A stretch of 64,000 nucleotides of DNA from Kudoa neothunni (taxonomy: Eukaryota; Animalia; Cnidaria). The notes under the pieces were generated by a model, which worked only from the letters and a program-made list of their open reading frames with translations, was not told the DNA's origin and ran no database searches. The stretch spans positions 6,978,336 to 7,042,335 of the forward strand of contig OZ199840.1 of assembly GCA_964304625.1 (NCBI GenBank), written 5' to 3'. The translations under genes were made by a program, and so were the position numbers. Positions 1-12,879 of the stretch are shown here, piece after piece (within the stretch, counting starts at the first letter, position 1; each line of letters begins with the position of its first letter).

Positions 1-476
1 TTTACTATTTACCATTGATCGTATATCTCAATTTTAAGCCAGCCATTAGATTTAAAATTTCAATTTTGTCGGAATTTCAATTCTATGATTAATGTAATTA
101 AAATTGGTTATTCGCCTGTACTCATGCGCATTAAGATTAAACATCTAAAAAATAGTAACCTTAATAAGAAATTTGGTTATTATGCACAATATGATATAGG
201 GTTCCCAATAAATCATGCATCTGATACTATTATTAAAAAGAACAACCGCTAATTGTTTCTAAAAAGTGTTTTTGTTAAACTCTCAACGCTTATTAAGATT
301 ATAATAGACTAATTCGAATTATGTTTAATAAAGCGCCAAGTAAATATATAATTATGCGATCTTTAAAAAAAATAACCGTTACTATGCCATAAAAATTATT
401 AAATTATCTAAAAAATGAGAAATAAAATTCTATATTTTATAATATTTACGAAAATTACTATAAAAATTTTGAAATC

Positions 477-3400
477 CTATGGGTGAATAAAAATAAAATT
501 ACCTGTTCCAATAACTACGGTATTTCCTCTATCAATCTTTACTTCAAATTTCTTAGGTTTCAAAAGCAAGAACAATCGAGCTGAATCTTTAATATCGATG
601 TTATTTCTGACAACTCTGGCGATGAAATCATTTTTAGGAGTGAAAGTAACCGAAAAAGTTCCATCTTGACTATTATATTTAAGTTTTTTTTTCATCCGAT
701 TCACCACCCTTCGAACCATCATCAATTATTAATTGAAGTCGATCATTTGGCTCTAGCTTTGGTAGTGGCAACATAATAAGTTTAACTTTGTCTCCTATAA
801 AATTAATCACCCCACGAAATCATATGATCAAGTTTACCAACAACAGGGTTGGGTGGTTCCAAGAAATACTTTGCTGAGTATTCTCCGGTGTTTACTTTCA
901 AGTCAAAGGAGAAGGGACTATTCTCATGTAAGGTACCATTGATAATGACGAATAATTTGAAATGAGACAAGAGTTTCAACTTTGAAGAAAATACTCCTTC
1001 GCCTGTCTTTTGAAGCATTACACCCTTTTGATTATTCAAGTCATCTTTATATATTACTCTTAACAAATCTAAGGAAATATCAGGAACAATATTAAGAGTC
1101 ATATTGGCAAATGTATCTCTTTGAAGTTCTTTGGAACTCCAATCAATCGTAACTTGATGTTTTCCGGGGATGAACTTTGGAACGGAAAATGGTCCATTAT
1201 CAACATTTGTATTATTTACCGCAATATCGAATGTATCGCCCATTTTAGAAAGATACTTCAAAGTGTAGGTTCCGTTTTTCTCCCTCTTTGGGAAATGTTT
1301 TTTTCCTTTGAATAAAACGCGAACCTTATCATTATCAGTAATCTCAGGAGTTAGTCCAATAGTCAAAATATTGTCGTTCTTTTTTATAACAAATGAACTT
1401 AATGATACATTCGCAACATAATTCATAATTGGATGGATAACATCAAACTTTTGTTTGTGGTAGTTTAACAATTTCATTATTAACCAATAGTTTAAGATTG
1501 AATTTGGCTTTTGGCTGGAACGTTGCTTTATAAATTCCTGGACTAATTGATTCCAAAGTAATTTCAGTGTCACTCTTTTGTTTTTCGGAGTATATAAGTT
1601 TAATGTTTCCTTTATTTGATACTGGAGGAGTAATCTTTAATTTGAGCTCGGTATCATTTCCTTTGACGGGAGATTCAGGAGTCAAACTAGCAACAGCTGT
1701 ATATTGTGTTGATGCAACGGTTGGAATAATGTTAAATGGTTTAGATGAGATTTCTGTTTCATTTAAAAACAATCTCACGGCTATTTTCGAGTCGGTCACA
1801 AGTGAAGTGACATATTTCAACTTGTCCTTTTTAGTCAATTCTTGCGGATTTTTTTTGTTGTCATTTATCACCAACATCAAACGATCCCCTTCATGGAGTC
1901 CATGACTCAAATTAACAATAATATTGAACGGATCCCCAACAATAGGTGATTCGGGAGATAGCTTAATTATAGGACTGTAGCGTATTCCTTGGTCCATGGC
2001 CTCGATATTTTTTTCTAAACTTTTAATCAATATTTTGGATATGTAAAGTTTCAAGTTCATTTTTTTCTCAGCAACAATTGTAGTCAAAAACACACCATCT
2101 GGATTTTGCATCATGTTATATCTTCTCTTTTTTCCGGATTCATTTGTAACAACTAACTTTACTTTATCAATATTCATATTCAAAGGGATATTTGGAACTG
2201 TGATTAAAACGAAATCATTAACGTAAATATCATCGGGGGGAAACGTTAAGAGAAAGATCATAACCGACTAATGAGGAGAAATTTACTTTGTCGGAAGCTG
2301 GGACAATTTTGTTTCCGTCATTAATTAGATAAAGTGTAAAAGCGGATGTTGGAGTGAACGATGAAGAATAATGGCCCTTTTTAATTTCTTTTATATTATA
2401 AAAGTTTTCTCGCCCATCTTGGTATTGAACATACAATGTAACTTCATCGACATTCTTAAATGGCGGCGATATAACAAATTCCATATTAAAAACTTCATCA
2501 ATAATTGGAATTGAAGGAATGCACGTTGTGGTGACTTTATAGCCATGACTGATTATAACATGATCACATGCATTATGTGAATCTGTTTTATGTTGTTGTC
2601 CAACCATAAACTGATGAGTAAAATTTTCCTTTGGAATAAACGAAACATTATAATTTCCGTCACTTAATTTTTCTATATCATGGTATTCTTCATATCCCGA
2701 TTCATATTTCACATGTAACTTTACATCGTTGGTAGTTTTCAACGGAGGAGATGAAGTGAAATTGAGATTGTATGTTTCACCAATTATTGGAACTGAAGGA
2801 TCTATAGTCGAAAAATCATATACAATAGCGTTTTCGATCTCATTAAATATCATTGGTTCATCTTCAATGATTTTGCCTCCAATCATATACTGAGTAGTGA
2901 ATGTCTCCATAGGAACGAAAGAGGCTGTATAATTTCCTTCACAGACTTCCACAATATCGTGAAGCTCTTCGATGCCACTTTCATATTTAACATGGAGCTT
3001 AAATTCGTTTACGTTCTTTAATGGGGGTGTAGAAATAAAGTCCATTTGGAATACTTCACCGATTACGGGCAGAGTAGGGCGATAGCTTGTAGAAATATCG
3101 TAAATAACTGGCTGCTCTACTTCATCAAATTCTATAGGTTCGTCTTCAGTAATTTTTCCTCCAATCATATATTGAGTGGTAAATGTCTCCATAGGAATAA
3201 ATGAGGTAGTATAGTTTCCATCATCAATTTCCGTAAATTCGCACGTTTCAGTCATTCCACTTTTATATTTAACCAAAACTTGTATATCATCGACAGAATT
3301 TAATGTAGGTGTAGTGAAAATCTCCATTCGAAATATTTCACCAATTATTGGTACATCAGGATAGTGATTTGTTGAAATATCATAAATAATGGCTTCCTCA

Positions 3401-6400
3401 ATATCATCAAAGATTAGAGGTTCATTATTTGTAATTCTACCTCCAATCACATATTGAGTGGTGAATGTCTCCATAGGTACGAATGAGGTGGTGTATTTGC
3501 CTTCACTTATTTCAACTACATCATAATTTTCCTTTTTCCCACTTTCGTAATTCACTTTCAGTTTAACATCATTGGCGCTTTTGAATGGAGGCGATGAAAC
3601 AAAGTCCATTTTGAAAATCTCTCCAGCAACCGGTACTGTGGGATAACAAGTGGTAGAGATGTCATAAACGGTCGGTTGCTCTATCGTACTGAATTGAAGT
3701 GGTTCATCATTCTTTATTTTTCCACCGATCACATATTGAGTGGTGAATGTCTCCATAGGTACGAATGAGGTGGTGTAATTACCTTCACTTATTTCAACTA
3801 CATCATAATTTTCCTTTTTCCCACTTTCGTAACTCACTTTCAGTTTAACATCATCTGGAGATTTGAATGGAGGCGATGAAACAAAGTCCATTTTGAAAAT
3901 CTCTCCAGCAACCGGTACTGCAGGATGGAACGAGGTGGATATGTCATAAACGGTCGGTTGCTCTATCTTACTGAATTGAAGTGGTTCATCATTCTTTATT
4001 TTTCCACCGATCACATATTGAGTGGTGAATGTCTCCATAGGTACGAATGAGGTGGTGTAATTACCTTCACTTATTTCAACTACATCATAATTTTCCTTTT
4101 TCCCACTTTCGTAACTCACTTTCAGTTTAACATCATCTGGAGATTTGAATGGAGGCGATGAAACAAAGTCCATTTTGAAAATCTCTCCAGCAACCGGTAC
4201 TGCAGGATGGAACGAGGTGGATATGTCATAAACGGTCGGTTGCTCTATCTTACTGAATTGAAGTGGTTCATCATTCTTTATTTTTCCACCGATCACATAT
4301 TGAGTAGTGAATGTCTCCATAGGTACGAATGAGGTGGTATACTTGCCTTCACTTATTTCAACTAAATCATGATGTTCCTCCTTTCCACTTTCATACTTCA
4401 CTTTCAGTTTAACATCATTGGCGCTTTTGAATGGAGGCGATGAAACAAAATCCATTTGGAAAATCTCTCCAGCAACCGGTACTGCAGGATGGAACGAGGT
4501 GGATATGTCATAAACGGTCGGTTGCTCTATCTTACTGAATTGAAGTGGTTCATCATTCTTTATTTTTCCACCGATCACATATTGAGTAGTGAATGTCTCC
4601 ATAGGTACGAATGAGGTGGTATACTTGCCTTCACTTATTTCAACTAAATCATGATGTTCCTCCTTTCCACTTTCATACTTCACTTTCAATTTAACATCAT
4701 TGGCGCTTTTAAATGGAGGCGATGAAACAAAATCCATTTGGAAAATCTCTCCAGCAACCGGTACTGCAGGATGGAACGAGGTGGATATGTCATAAACGGT
4801 CGGTTGCTCTATCTTACTGAATTGAAGTGGTTCATTATTCTTTATTTTTCCACCGATCACATATTGAGTAGTGAATGTCTCCATAGGTACGAATGAGGTG
4901 GTATACTTGCCTTCACTTATTTCAACTAAATCATGATGTTCCTCCTTTCCACTTTCATACTTCACTTTCAATTTAACATCATTGGCGCTTTTGAATGGAG
5001 GCGATGAAACAAAATCCATTTGGAAAATCTCTCCAGCAACCGGTACTGCAGGATGGAACGAGGTGGATATGTCATAAACGGTCGGTTGCTCTATCTTACT
5101 GAATTGAAGTGGTTCATCATTCTTTATTTTTCCACCGATCACATATTGAGTAGTGAATGTCTCCATAGGTACGAATGAGGTGGTATACTTGCCTTCACTT
5201 ATTTCAACTAAATCATGATGTTCCTCCTTTCCACTTTCATACTTCACTTTCAATTTAACATCATTGGCGCTTTTAAATGGAGGCGATGAAACAAAATCCA
5301 TTTGGAAAATCTCTCCAGCAACCGGTACTGCAGGATGGAACGAGGTGGATATGTCATAAACGGTCGGTTGCTCTATCTTACTGAATTGAAGTGGTTCATC
5401 ATTCTTTATTTTTCCACCGATCACATATTGAGTAGTGAATGTCTCCATAGGTACGAATGAGGTGGTATACTTGCCTTCACTTATTTCAACTAAATCATGA
5501 TGTTCCTCCTTTCCACTTTCATACTTCACTTTCAGTTTAACATCATTGGCGCTTTTAAATGGAGGCGATGAAACAAAATCCATTTGGAAAATCTCTCCAG
5601 CAACCGGTACTGCAGGATGGAACGAGGTGGATATGTCATAAACGGTCGGTTGCTCTATCTTACTGAATTGAAGTGGTTCATCATTCTTTATTTTTCCACC
5701 GATCACATATTGAGTAGTGAATGTCTCCATAGGTACGAATGAGGTGGTATACTTGCCTTCACTTATTTCAACTAAATCATGATGTTCCTCCTTTCCACTT
5801 TCATACTTCACTTTCAATTTAACATCATTGGCGCTTTTAAATGGAGGCGATGAAACAAAATCCATTTGGAAAATCTCTCCAGCAACCGGTACTGCAGGAT
5901 GGAACGAGGTGGATATGTCATAAACGGTCGGTTGCTCTATCTTACTGAATTGAAGTGGTTCATCATTCTTTATTTTTCCACCGATCACATATTGAGTAGT
6001 GAATGTCTCCATAGGTACGAATGAGGTGGTATACTTGCCTTCACTTATTTCAACTAAATCATGATGTTCCTCCTTTCCACTTTCATACTTCACTTTCAAT
6101 TTAACATCATTGGCGCTTTTAAATGGAGGCGATGAAACAAAATCCATTTGGAAAATCTCTCCAGCAACCGGTACTGCAGGATGGAACGAGGTGGATATGT
6201 CATAAACGGTCGGTTGCTCTATCTTACTGAATTGAAGTGGTTCATTATTCTTTATTTTTCCACCGATCACATATTGAGTAGTGAATGTCTCCATAGGTAC
6301 GAATGAGGTGGTATACTTGCCTTCACTTATTTCAACTAAATCATGATGTTCCTCCTTTCCACTTTCATACTTCACTTTCAATTTAACATCATTGGCGCTT

Positions 6401-9400
6401 TTGAATGGAGGCGATGAAACAAAGTCCATTTTAAATGTTTCGCCAACAACGGGTATAGCTGGATGATATGTAGTGGAAATGCTGTATTCAACTGGTATTT
6501 CGATTTTATCGATTATGATAGCCTCATCATTTGTGATTTTACCCTTAATCATGTATTGCATTTTGAATTTCTCTGTAGGAATAAAGGTCATTTGATATTC
6601 TTCTTCACTTATTTGTACCACATCGTACAGTTCTTCTTTTCCACTCTCATATTTAACAAGAATTTTAACATCATTTACGTTTTGTAATTTAGGGCTTGTG
6701 GTGAATTTCAAGAAATATTTTTCTCCCATCAAAACGTTCTCATTTAAATATTTCGATACTATTACATAGGAATCCATTTGTTCTATTGCTGACATTGATT
6801 TTTTCATAATTGTGTTATCTTTTATTTTTACTTCAAATATAAAATCCTTTGTGGTAGGGACATAATTAAATTCGTATTCATTATTTGAAATTTGAGTAAA
6901 AATATTCTCGGATACTCCTTCTTGATTTGATATTGATATTATAGTCTCATTTAAGTTAACTAGAGGTGGATCCGTAGTTATTTTAAATTTCATATTTTCC
7001 CCTAATAAAATTGTTTTTATAAACATAATACTGAAACTTAAGGTACCGATAACAGGCTCAGAAGGCAATAAAGACAATGACACATTGTAACGAATTTCTC
7101 TTTCGTTTAGAACAACTTTTTCCATAACGTTATATTTTTGGTCATTAATATTGACGGATTCTAAAGTAAAATTCATCTGTGGGCAAAATTCGTATACGTA
7201 TATATTATTTATTGCCATCCACGCTACGTTAACCACATTTCCATCGCTGAAGGAGATTTTACCCGTTAGTAGTATACCTTCATCCAATGGTGGATCTGAT
7301 TCAATATATATTTTTAGTGGTGCACCTAAATTGATTTATATTCAACAGATTTTTCGTTTTATTTACCAATAATTGGTGTGCTTGGTTCGTACGATATTTG
7401 GATTCGATATGACTTATTAGATTTTTTAATATTTGAAAATTTTATCGGTGCATCAGTTATAGCACAGTCATCCATGATTACTTGAGCTGAAAATATACCA
7501 CTCGCTATGAATTTAGTTTTGTATGTTCCATCAGAGTTATTATTTAAGATATAATTGTTTGTTCTCCCAATATTGTCAGTAATCTCTACACTCATTTTGC
7601 TCGAATCCGGAGGTGTAGGCGATATTAATACTTCAAATGATAATTCTTCCCCTAATTATTCATTATAAACAGATAACTTGATAAATTTACCTATTACAAT
7701 ATCCTTTGGATCGATATTGCAGGTACAGTCATATTTGATTGCATTCTTTTTTCCAAGAGTATTGTAAGTGATAAACGCATTATTAATCGCTTCTCCATTT
7801 AATAATATATTTCCGGTAAACGAATTATTAACGATAAATTTTGCTATTAAATTTTCTCCTTCTGGATCAGCTGTTATTGTCTTGGTTTCACCATTCAAAG
7901 TCTGAACCCTCAGAGTTATCTCATCATTTTTTCCAACTTTTGGACTAACACAAATTTTGGCAGTGACAATTTCACCATCATGGCAGGTTGGTGGATTAAA
8001 TTCTACTTTATATTCAAAACTAGGAATAGGAATCGAGATAAATGAAGACAAATAAGTCAGCAAGGCTTTATCATCTATATCTTTACTCAGTATTTCCTCG
8101 GCATATATGATTTTATCGACATTAACACAACTTTCCGCTGCATTCAATGCATCATCAACCATTTGGAATCTTTGTTCCTTCGTATAAACTTGATCTTTCT
8201 GAATTATGTCAATGTCTCTGACGTAACTTTGTATAAAATTTGTGATCAAGAAACCGTCATTCCAATCTTTTTTGAAGTTTTTAAAACTGAGTCCTTTAAT
8301 TTTACAAAACTTGAGTTTGTCGATGATAAATGATTTCATTATATCAACCGGATTTTCTTTTGTTCGTTTCGATGATGTTTTTTTATCCAAAACCTTTGTG
8401 GGAACTTCGCTGAAAGTTTTGTCGGCGGTGTCTAACATGGCTCCATCAGTAACTGATCTTGTGGATGTCGCCGTGGATCTTCGTTGTGGCACCATAGCAA
8501 TGTCATACGAGCTGATTTGGTAGTGCTGAATTAAGGTCCAAATCAAACCCGCTATAAGTTTTCTATTCCCCACAAAAATATCTTCCGGACCTACATGAGT
8601 CATTTAGACGGTTGCATTAAGTTAACAAAATTTTTATTATCGATTCATATCATATGCATCAAAAACAATTCCATAAATTTTATGCAGAATATTTCGGCAT
8701 TATTAAATTACATTCCATTCATTGATATAAAGAACTTCACAACAAAAGAGTTGTATCTTGAATAGATTGTTATTATTCATCTCGCCGACAAATAATCATC
8801 GAATTAACCAGTTTGTAACAATAATCTTTCGTTTTATATTCAAATATAGAAAAGTATTTAATATTAATGAGCTTTAAATCGGCAGACTTAGTTATAACGG
8901 ATTATCTATATGATTATCCTAAAACATCTTTAAATATATGGAATATTTTGTTAATTAAGTTATTTTACAATAAATATCCTTAAAGAAATTATTCCCCTTA
9001 AATTTGTTAGACGAAGGAAAATATTTTAACGATGTAAAACGTTTTAAGGCTTAATTCATTCGATAAAGTTATACCATAAGGCACATAGTTTTTTTTAGAC
9101 ATTCAAGTTAACGCTATAAAAATATATCAATTATTATTCAACCGTATTTTTGTCAATTTTGTAACGTATCTTCCCATTATTTATCCGTTCGTTGTTATAT
9201 TATTTTTGCACTAAGATAAAATTGAAATATAAGGGATTATTTGGAATGTCTGTTAATTTCTCTATATTTTAGAACAATTTTTATATTTGTTGAATAAATA
9301 TAAAGAGCCGATTTGATAGCGCTAAGCGACAGTAAATTTTTGACGATGAGCAATAAGACTTAACAAAAGAAATAATAATTAAATTACCTATATTAACAAG

Positions 9401-9679
9401 TTTCACCTTGTCTCTTGTAAGGAAATTGAGGGCAGTGATAATGTTTTCACGCTTCTGGATATTATTTTTAACCACCACATTGTAGTTTCCAAGATTCTTT
9501 TCGCTTAAAATTTGCACGAGTTTTATAAGCTTGATTCCATCGTTGAAATCTGTCGTTAAATCGGTAAATGTCTCACCCATTTTCTTCAACTTTGCATTGA
9601 CCCATCTTATAAAGGTGTTTATCTGGATCTTTTCCCATTCAGGAAGTGTGCTGGCACTTCTCGTTATTTGCTGGCTCAT
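477..9679 (-). CDS. Giant filamin-like protein (CH1-CH2 actin-binding domain + >=26 divergent ~94-aa Ig-like repeats), ~2700 aa; 3' end uncertain, three +1 frame breaks
   Basis: Exons 9679-9388, 8590-7691, 7651-7367, 7325-7047, 7001-838, 794-~503, joined by GT-AG phase-1 introns. CH1 reads WEKIQINTFIRWVN..DFNDGIKLIKLVQILS..NIG/PEDIFVGNRKLIAGLIWTLIQHYQ. CH2 reads NFKKDWNDG..IDDKALLTYLSSF. Repeats keep filamin-like DGxYxxxFxP and INGxxxxxSPF motifs. The frame breaks at homopolymers 2235-2240, 1449-1452 and 684-692. Confidence 0.85.
3379..6480 (-). repeat. Coding tandem array, 282-bp (94-aa) unit, ~11 near-identical copies
   Basis: Marker gtcataaacggtcgg recurs at 3661, 3943, 4225, 4507, 4789, 5071, 5353, 5635, 5917 and 6199, an exact 282-bp period. 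Protein unit EQPTVYDISTSFHPAVPVAGE...EPLQFSKI. Confidence 0.97.
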
Positions 9680-12600
9680 CTAAATATGATATTAATGTAT
9701 TCTTTTATTAGCTTTCTAATGAAAGTAATCAGGTTTGGTCATTATACAGTATAATTGTTGACAAAGTCAGGAGTTTTAATTGCCGTTAAAATCGATGTCA
9801 AATCTTTTTGAAACAATAAAATAAGGTTTATAATAACAAGAATATTGCATAATATTGTAGACGGATTATGAATTTGAAAGAAAAGTACAGAAAAATTACT
9901 TGGGATCTGTGTAATACAACAACGCTTTGTTATTTGTTTGCCGTAATCTTCCTGTCTTTTCGTTGATTCATATCTCATAAAATAAATGATCGTTATTCAA
10001 TTGATATAAGTCTGAGTTAATAATAATACATTATTAGCATACAACATTTTATATGGGACAATAGGGTCAATGAGATCGTTATAAGATTAGATCCACGTTG
10101 TAATCGAAAATAGAAAATTCAGGCCCATTCAATGGAGGCATACCGTTATCGAGTCTTTATCTTAGTTCTTTAGTTGTCCGTCGCAATTTTTTAAATAATG
10201 GTTATTAGAAAAGGGAATTATTGTCTTATTTTATAGGTGTTTGCGTTGTCCATTCGTAAGGACTGTAGTATCTCAAGCACTCCGCCTAACTGCTTTCTTT
10301 GCATGTGTTATGGAGATACCTGATTCAATCAAACCCCTAACCACGTAATAAGAAATACCAAACCATCTGATTAATATGTTAATTTCGAATAAATGAGAAA
10401 ATTATAGAAGTTGCCGATCCCAGGCAATGGTCAATAAATATATCTTTAGATCTTTTGATAAACATCGTTCAGTCTACTTCTAATACATCCAAATTGATAA
10501 TGGCTGGAAGGTCAAATTTATAATTATTCCATAGATTAAAAATATTATTGTCTAAAAATAATATGTAAACTTTCTTTCATGATTGTTTCACGTGTTAGAA
10601 TTATAAAATTCTATTAAACAACGTAAATAGATAAATATAGAATTTGACATATTAAAATATTCTCGTTTACATTAGGCTATTTAAGTTATCGATGAAATGA
10701 ATATATTATTATCCCGATAGTATTAAATAATAAATCCTTTAAATAGGTCAAGCACCCTCAATAGAATGAATGAATAGCAAATAAGCCAAGATTCATTATA
10801 ACTCCTTCTAAAATCTCTGAACTACGAAAATTAATATTCCGCTGAAAATTAAAGAAAAAACTATTTTTTAAGTAAAAAAATCAGGAAAGTTGATTTCAAT
10901 CTTTTAAAGTAATAAGTATATTTTTTTCTTTCTAATATATGATCTTGGCCAACAATAAATTTTTCTAAATTGATTCGCTGCATAAAAGACTAAAGATTTG
11001 GTCCTAGTATAGTAACTCACTTTTATTAGATTTTTATCTATACTAGTTGACCACTATATATCATCTTGATAAATAATAAATTCTCCATTATGTCTAACTA
11101 AGATTTCAAAGCAGCTGAACAAAATAATTTATTTATTAATATCAAAACCGTTAAGTGGCCTCTTTATTTAAAAGTAAGGATCATAATTTTTGATTAAAAT
11201 AGATTTTAGTCATCGAATTTTAAAAAAGGTATTGCAACGTGAAATTATCTCTACCACAAAATAGAATTTACGAGAAAATAAAATAAATGAAACATCTTTA
11301 AAAAGCGCACAAAGACACTTATTTTCCAGTTATTTTTGTAGAGATAGAAAAAATAGCAAAATAAAGAAAAAGTTGGTTTTTGTTATTGTTCTCGATATTC
11401 TTCCGCTATCGATACTTGATAAGAAAATTTTTTTGTGAGGAGCTCTTTTCAATTTTTTTTAAATTTGGAATATTTAAACATTTACGCATACGTACTACTA
11501 GATCAACCAAAAATAAACGTCGAAAACTACTATCCCTATTTTTAAGTCGTACAGCGGACAATCATCAAAAATATTGGCTCTTATTTTTGTTCTAAAAATT
11601 TGTTTACATCGAAATTTTTAAAATTATGACGGGAAAAATTAACGTGAAATAATCATTGCTCACTTTTTTTTTCTTCAGTCTAGGATTTCTATTTCCTCTA
11701 AAGGCTTTTCTTAAAATGGTTTCCACTCATTTATTGGAAACATGGTTCACCAAAGTTTTTCCTATAGTTCAACCTTGTATTCTCACGAAATCATATTTTA
11801 AAATCCCCAAAAGTTTGAGTTATTGGAATGAAAACATTACTACGTTTATAGTAACAGCTAGCTCCTATCGAAGGGAGAACGAGTCCACCTACCGATAATA
11901 TATAGGCTATTATCTCTTGAATTGGGCTTCTGCCTTGAAAGTTTGTTTGAACACGCATGAGTTTTTCGTTTAACTCAATGAAGAAGTTTAAGTGTTTACA
12001 CCCTAATTCAAATTTTAACCGGCCATAAAATGTTATAATTATTTTGTGTATAATTTTTATTCTTTTTTTTAATGTGTAAATCTGTAATAAAAATTCGTGG
12101 ATAGGGTTATAGCAAACGCTAAAAAGTAAAATAGTTTCCTCTGAGGTAGTTTGCAATGAAAACACTTCAAACTCTCATCTTTAATTTTTTTAGAAAATAT
12201 TCATTAATTTAAATAATTTACTTAATTTTATGTCTAATCTGTGACCTTTAGAAATATGTGCTAACTATATCAATTGCCGTAACTCCTTCGTCTAAACATC
12301 CATGATGAATCCAAAGAATACAGTAGTGATTTACAGCCTTTTAATAGTAAATGGAAGGCTACTCATTTAGAATATCTAAAATTTCAGAAGTATTATTCAA
12401 AAATAAACGATCTGGGCATACAATGATTAATAAATTGGAATCACTTGATGTATATTTAGAAAACCAACATGATAAACTCAAAAAACATGAATTCCCCTCG
12501 TAGCTTATAGCTTACTGATTGCAGCGATTTAAAAATATGCTAGGATGCTTTTTATGTTTTTTTATTATATCTAAAAATTTAGTTGGTTCTGGTAACCTTG

Positions 12601-12879
12601 TTTTAACAAAACCTCTTTGCTGACACATAAATTGATGTTGATTTATTTTAAACAAAAGAATATATTAGATCCTTGTTATTTATTATCATCTATAAAGGTA
12701 AAAAATGGGCTTTGCTTAATTTTTGAGTCAATATAAAGAAATATCTGCTCATCGACAATTTTTATCGCGTAATAATTGCAACAAAATCCAGGCAATGCAC
12801 ATGAATTCGCATTGTCACAGTATTAAGAGCAAAAGAGGGCGCAGAAACAATTTTTCGCAATACAAAAGTTCTAAATCAT

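Noticed and set aside
10-85. Possible further filamin exon (NSDKIEILNLMAGLKLRYTING)
   Set aside because: It needs yet another frame correction and has no clear repeat motif. Not supportable.
2199-2265. A 67-nt GT-AG intron that would repair the first filamin frame break
   Set aside because: It would delete the conserved first strands (YDLSLNVSP..) of the repeat, and the donor is weak. A single-base change explains the break better, though RNA data are needed.
3379-6480. Long regular repeat array as a possible CRISPR or satellite
   Set aside because: There are no unique spacers. The period is 282 bp, in frame and fully protein-coding.
1121-8523. Plus-strand ORFs 1121, 1567, 6463, 7151 and 8242, and similar antisense ORFs over transposases, GALNT and CNTD1
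   Set aside because: Antisense shadows of real coding sequence.
11560-12165. Possible MULE remnant (FPINEW.HF, NPR) and the ORFs 11380-12165
   Set aside because: Only short motif-like traces across frameshifts; too weak to call.
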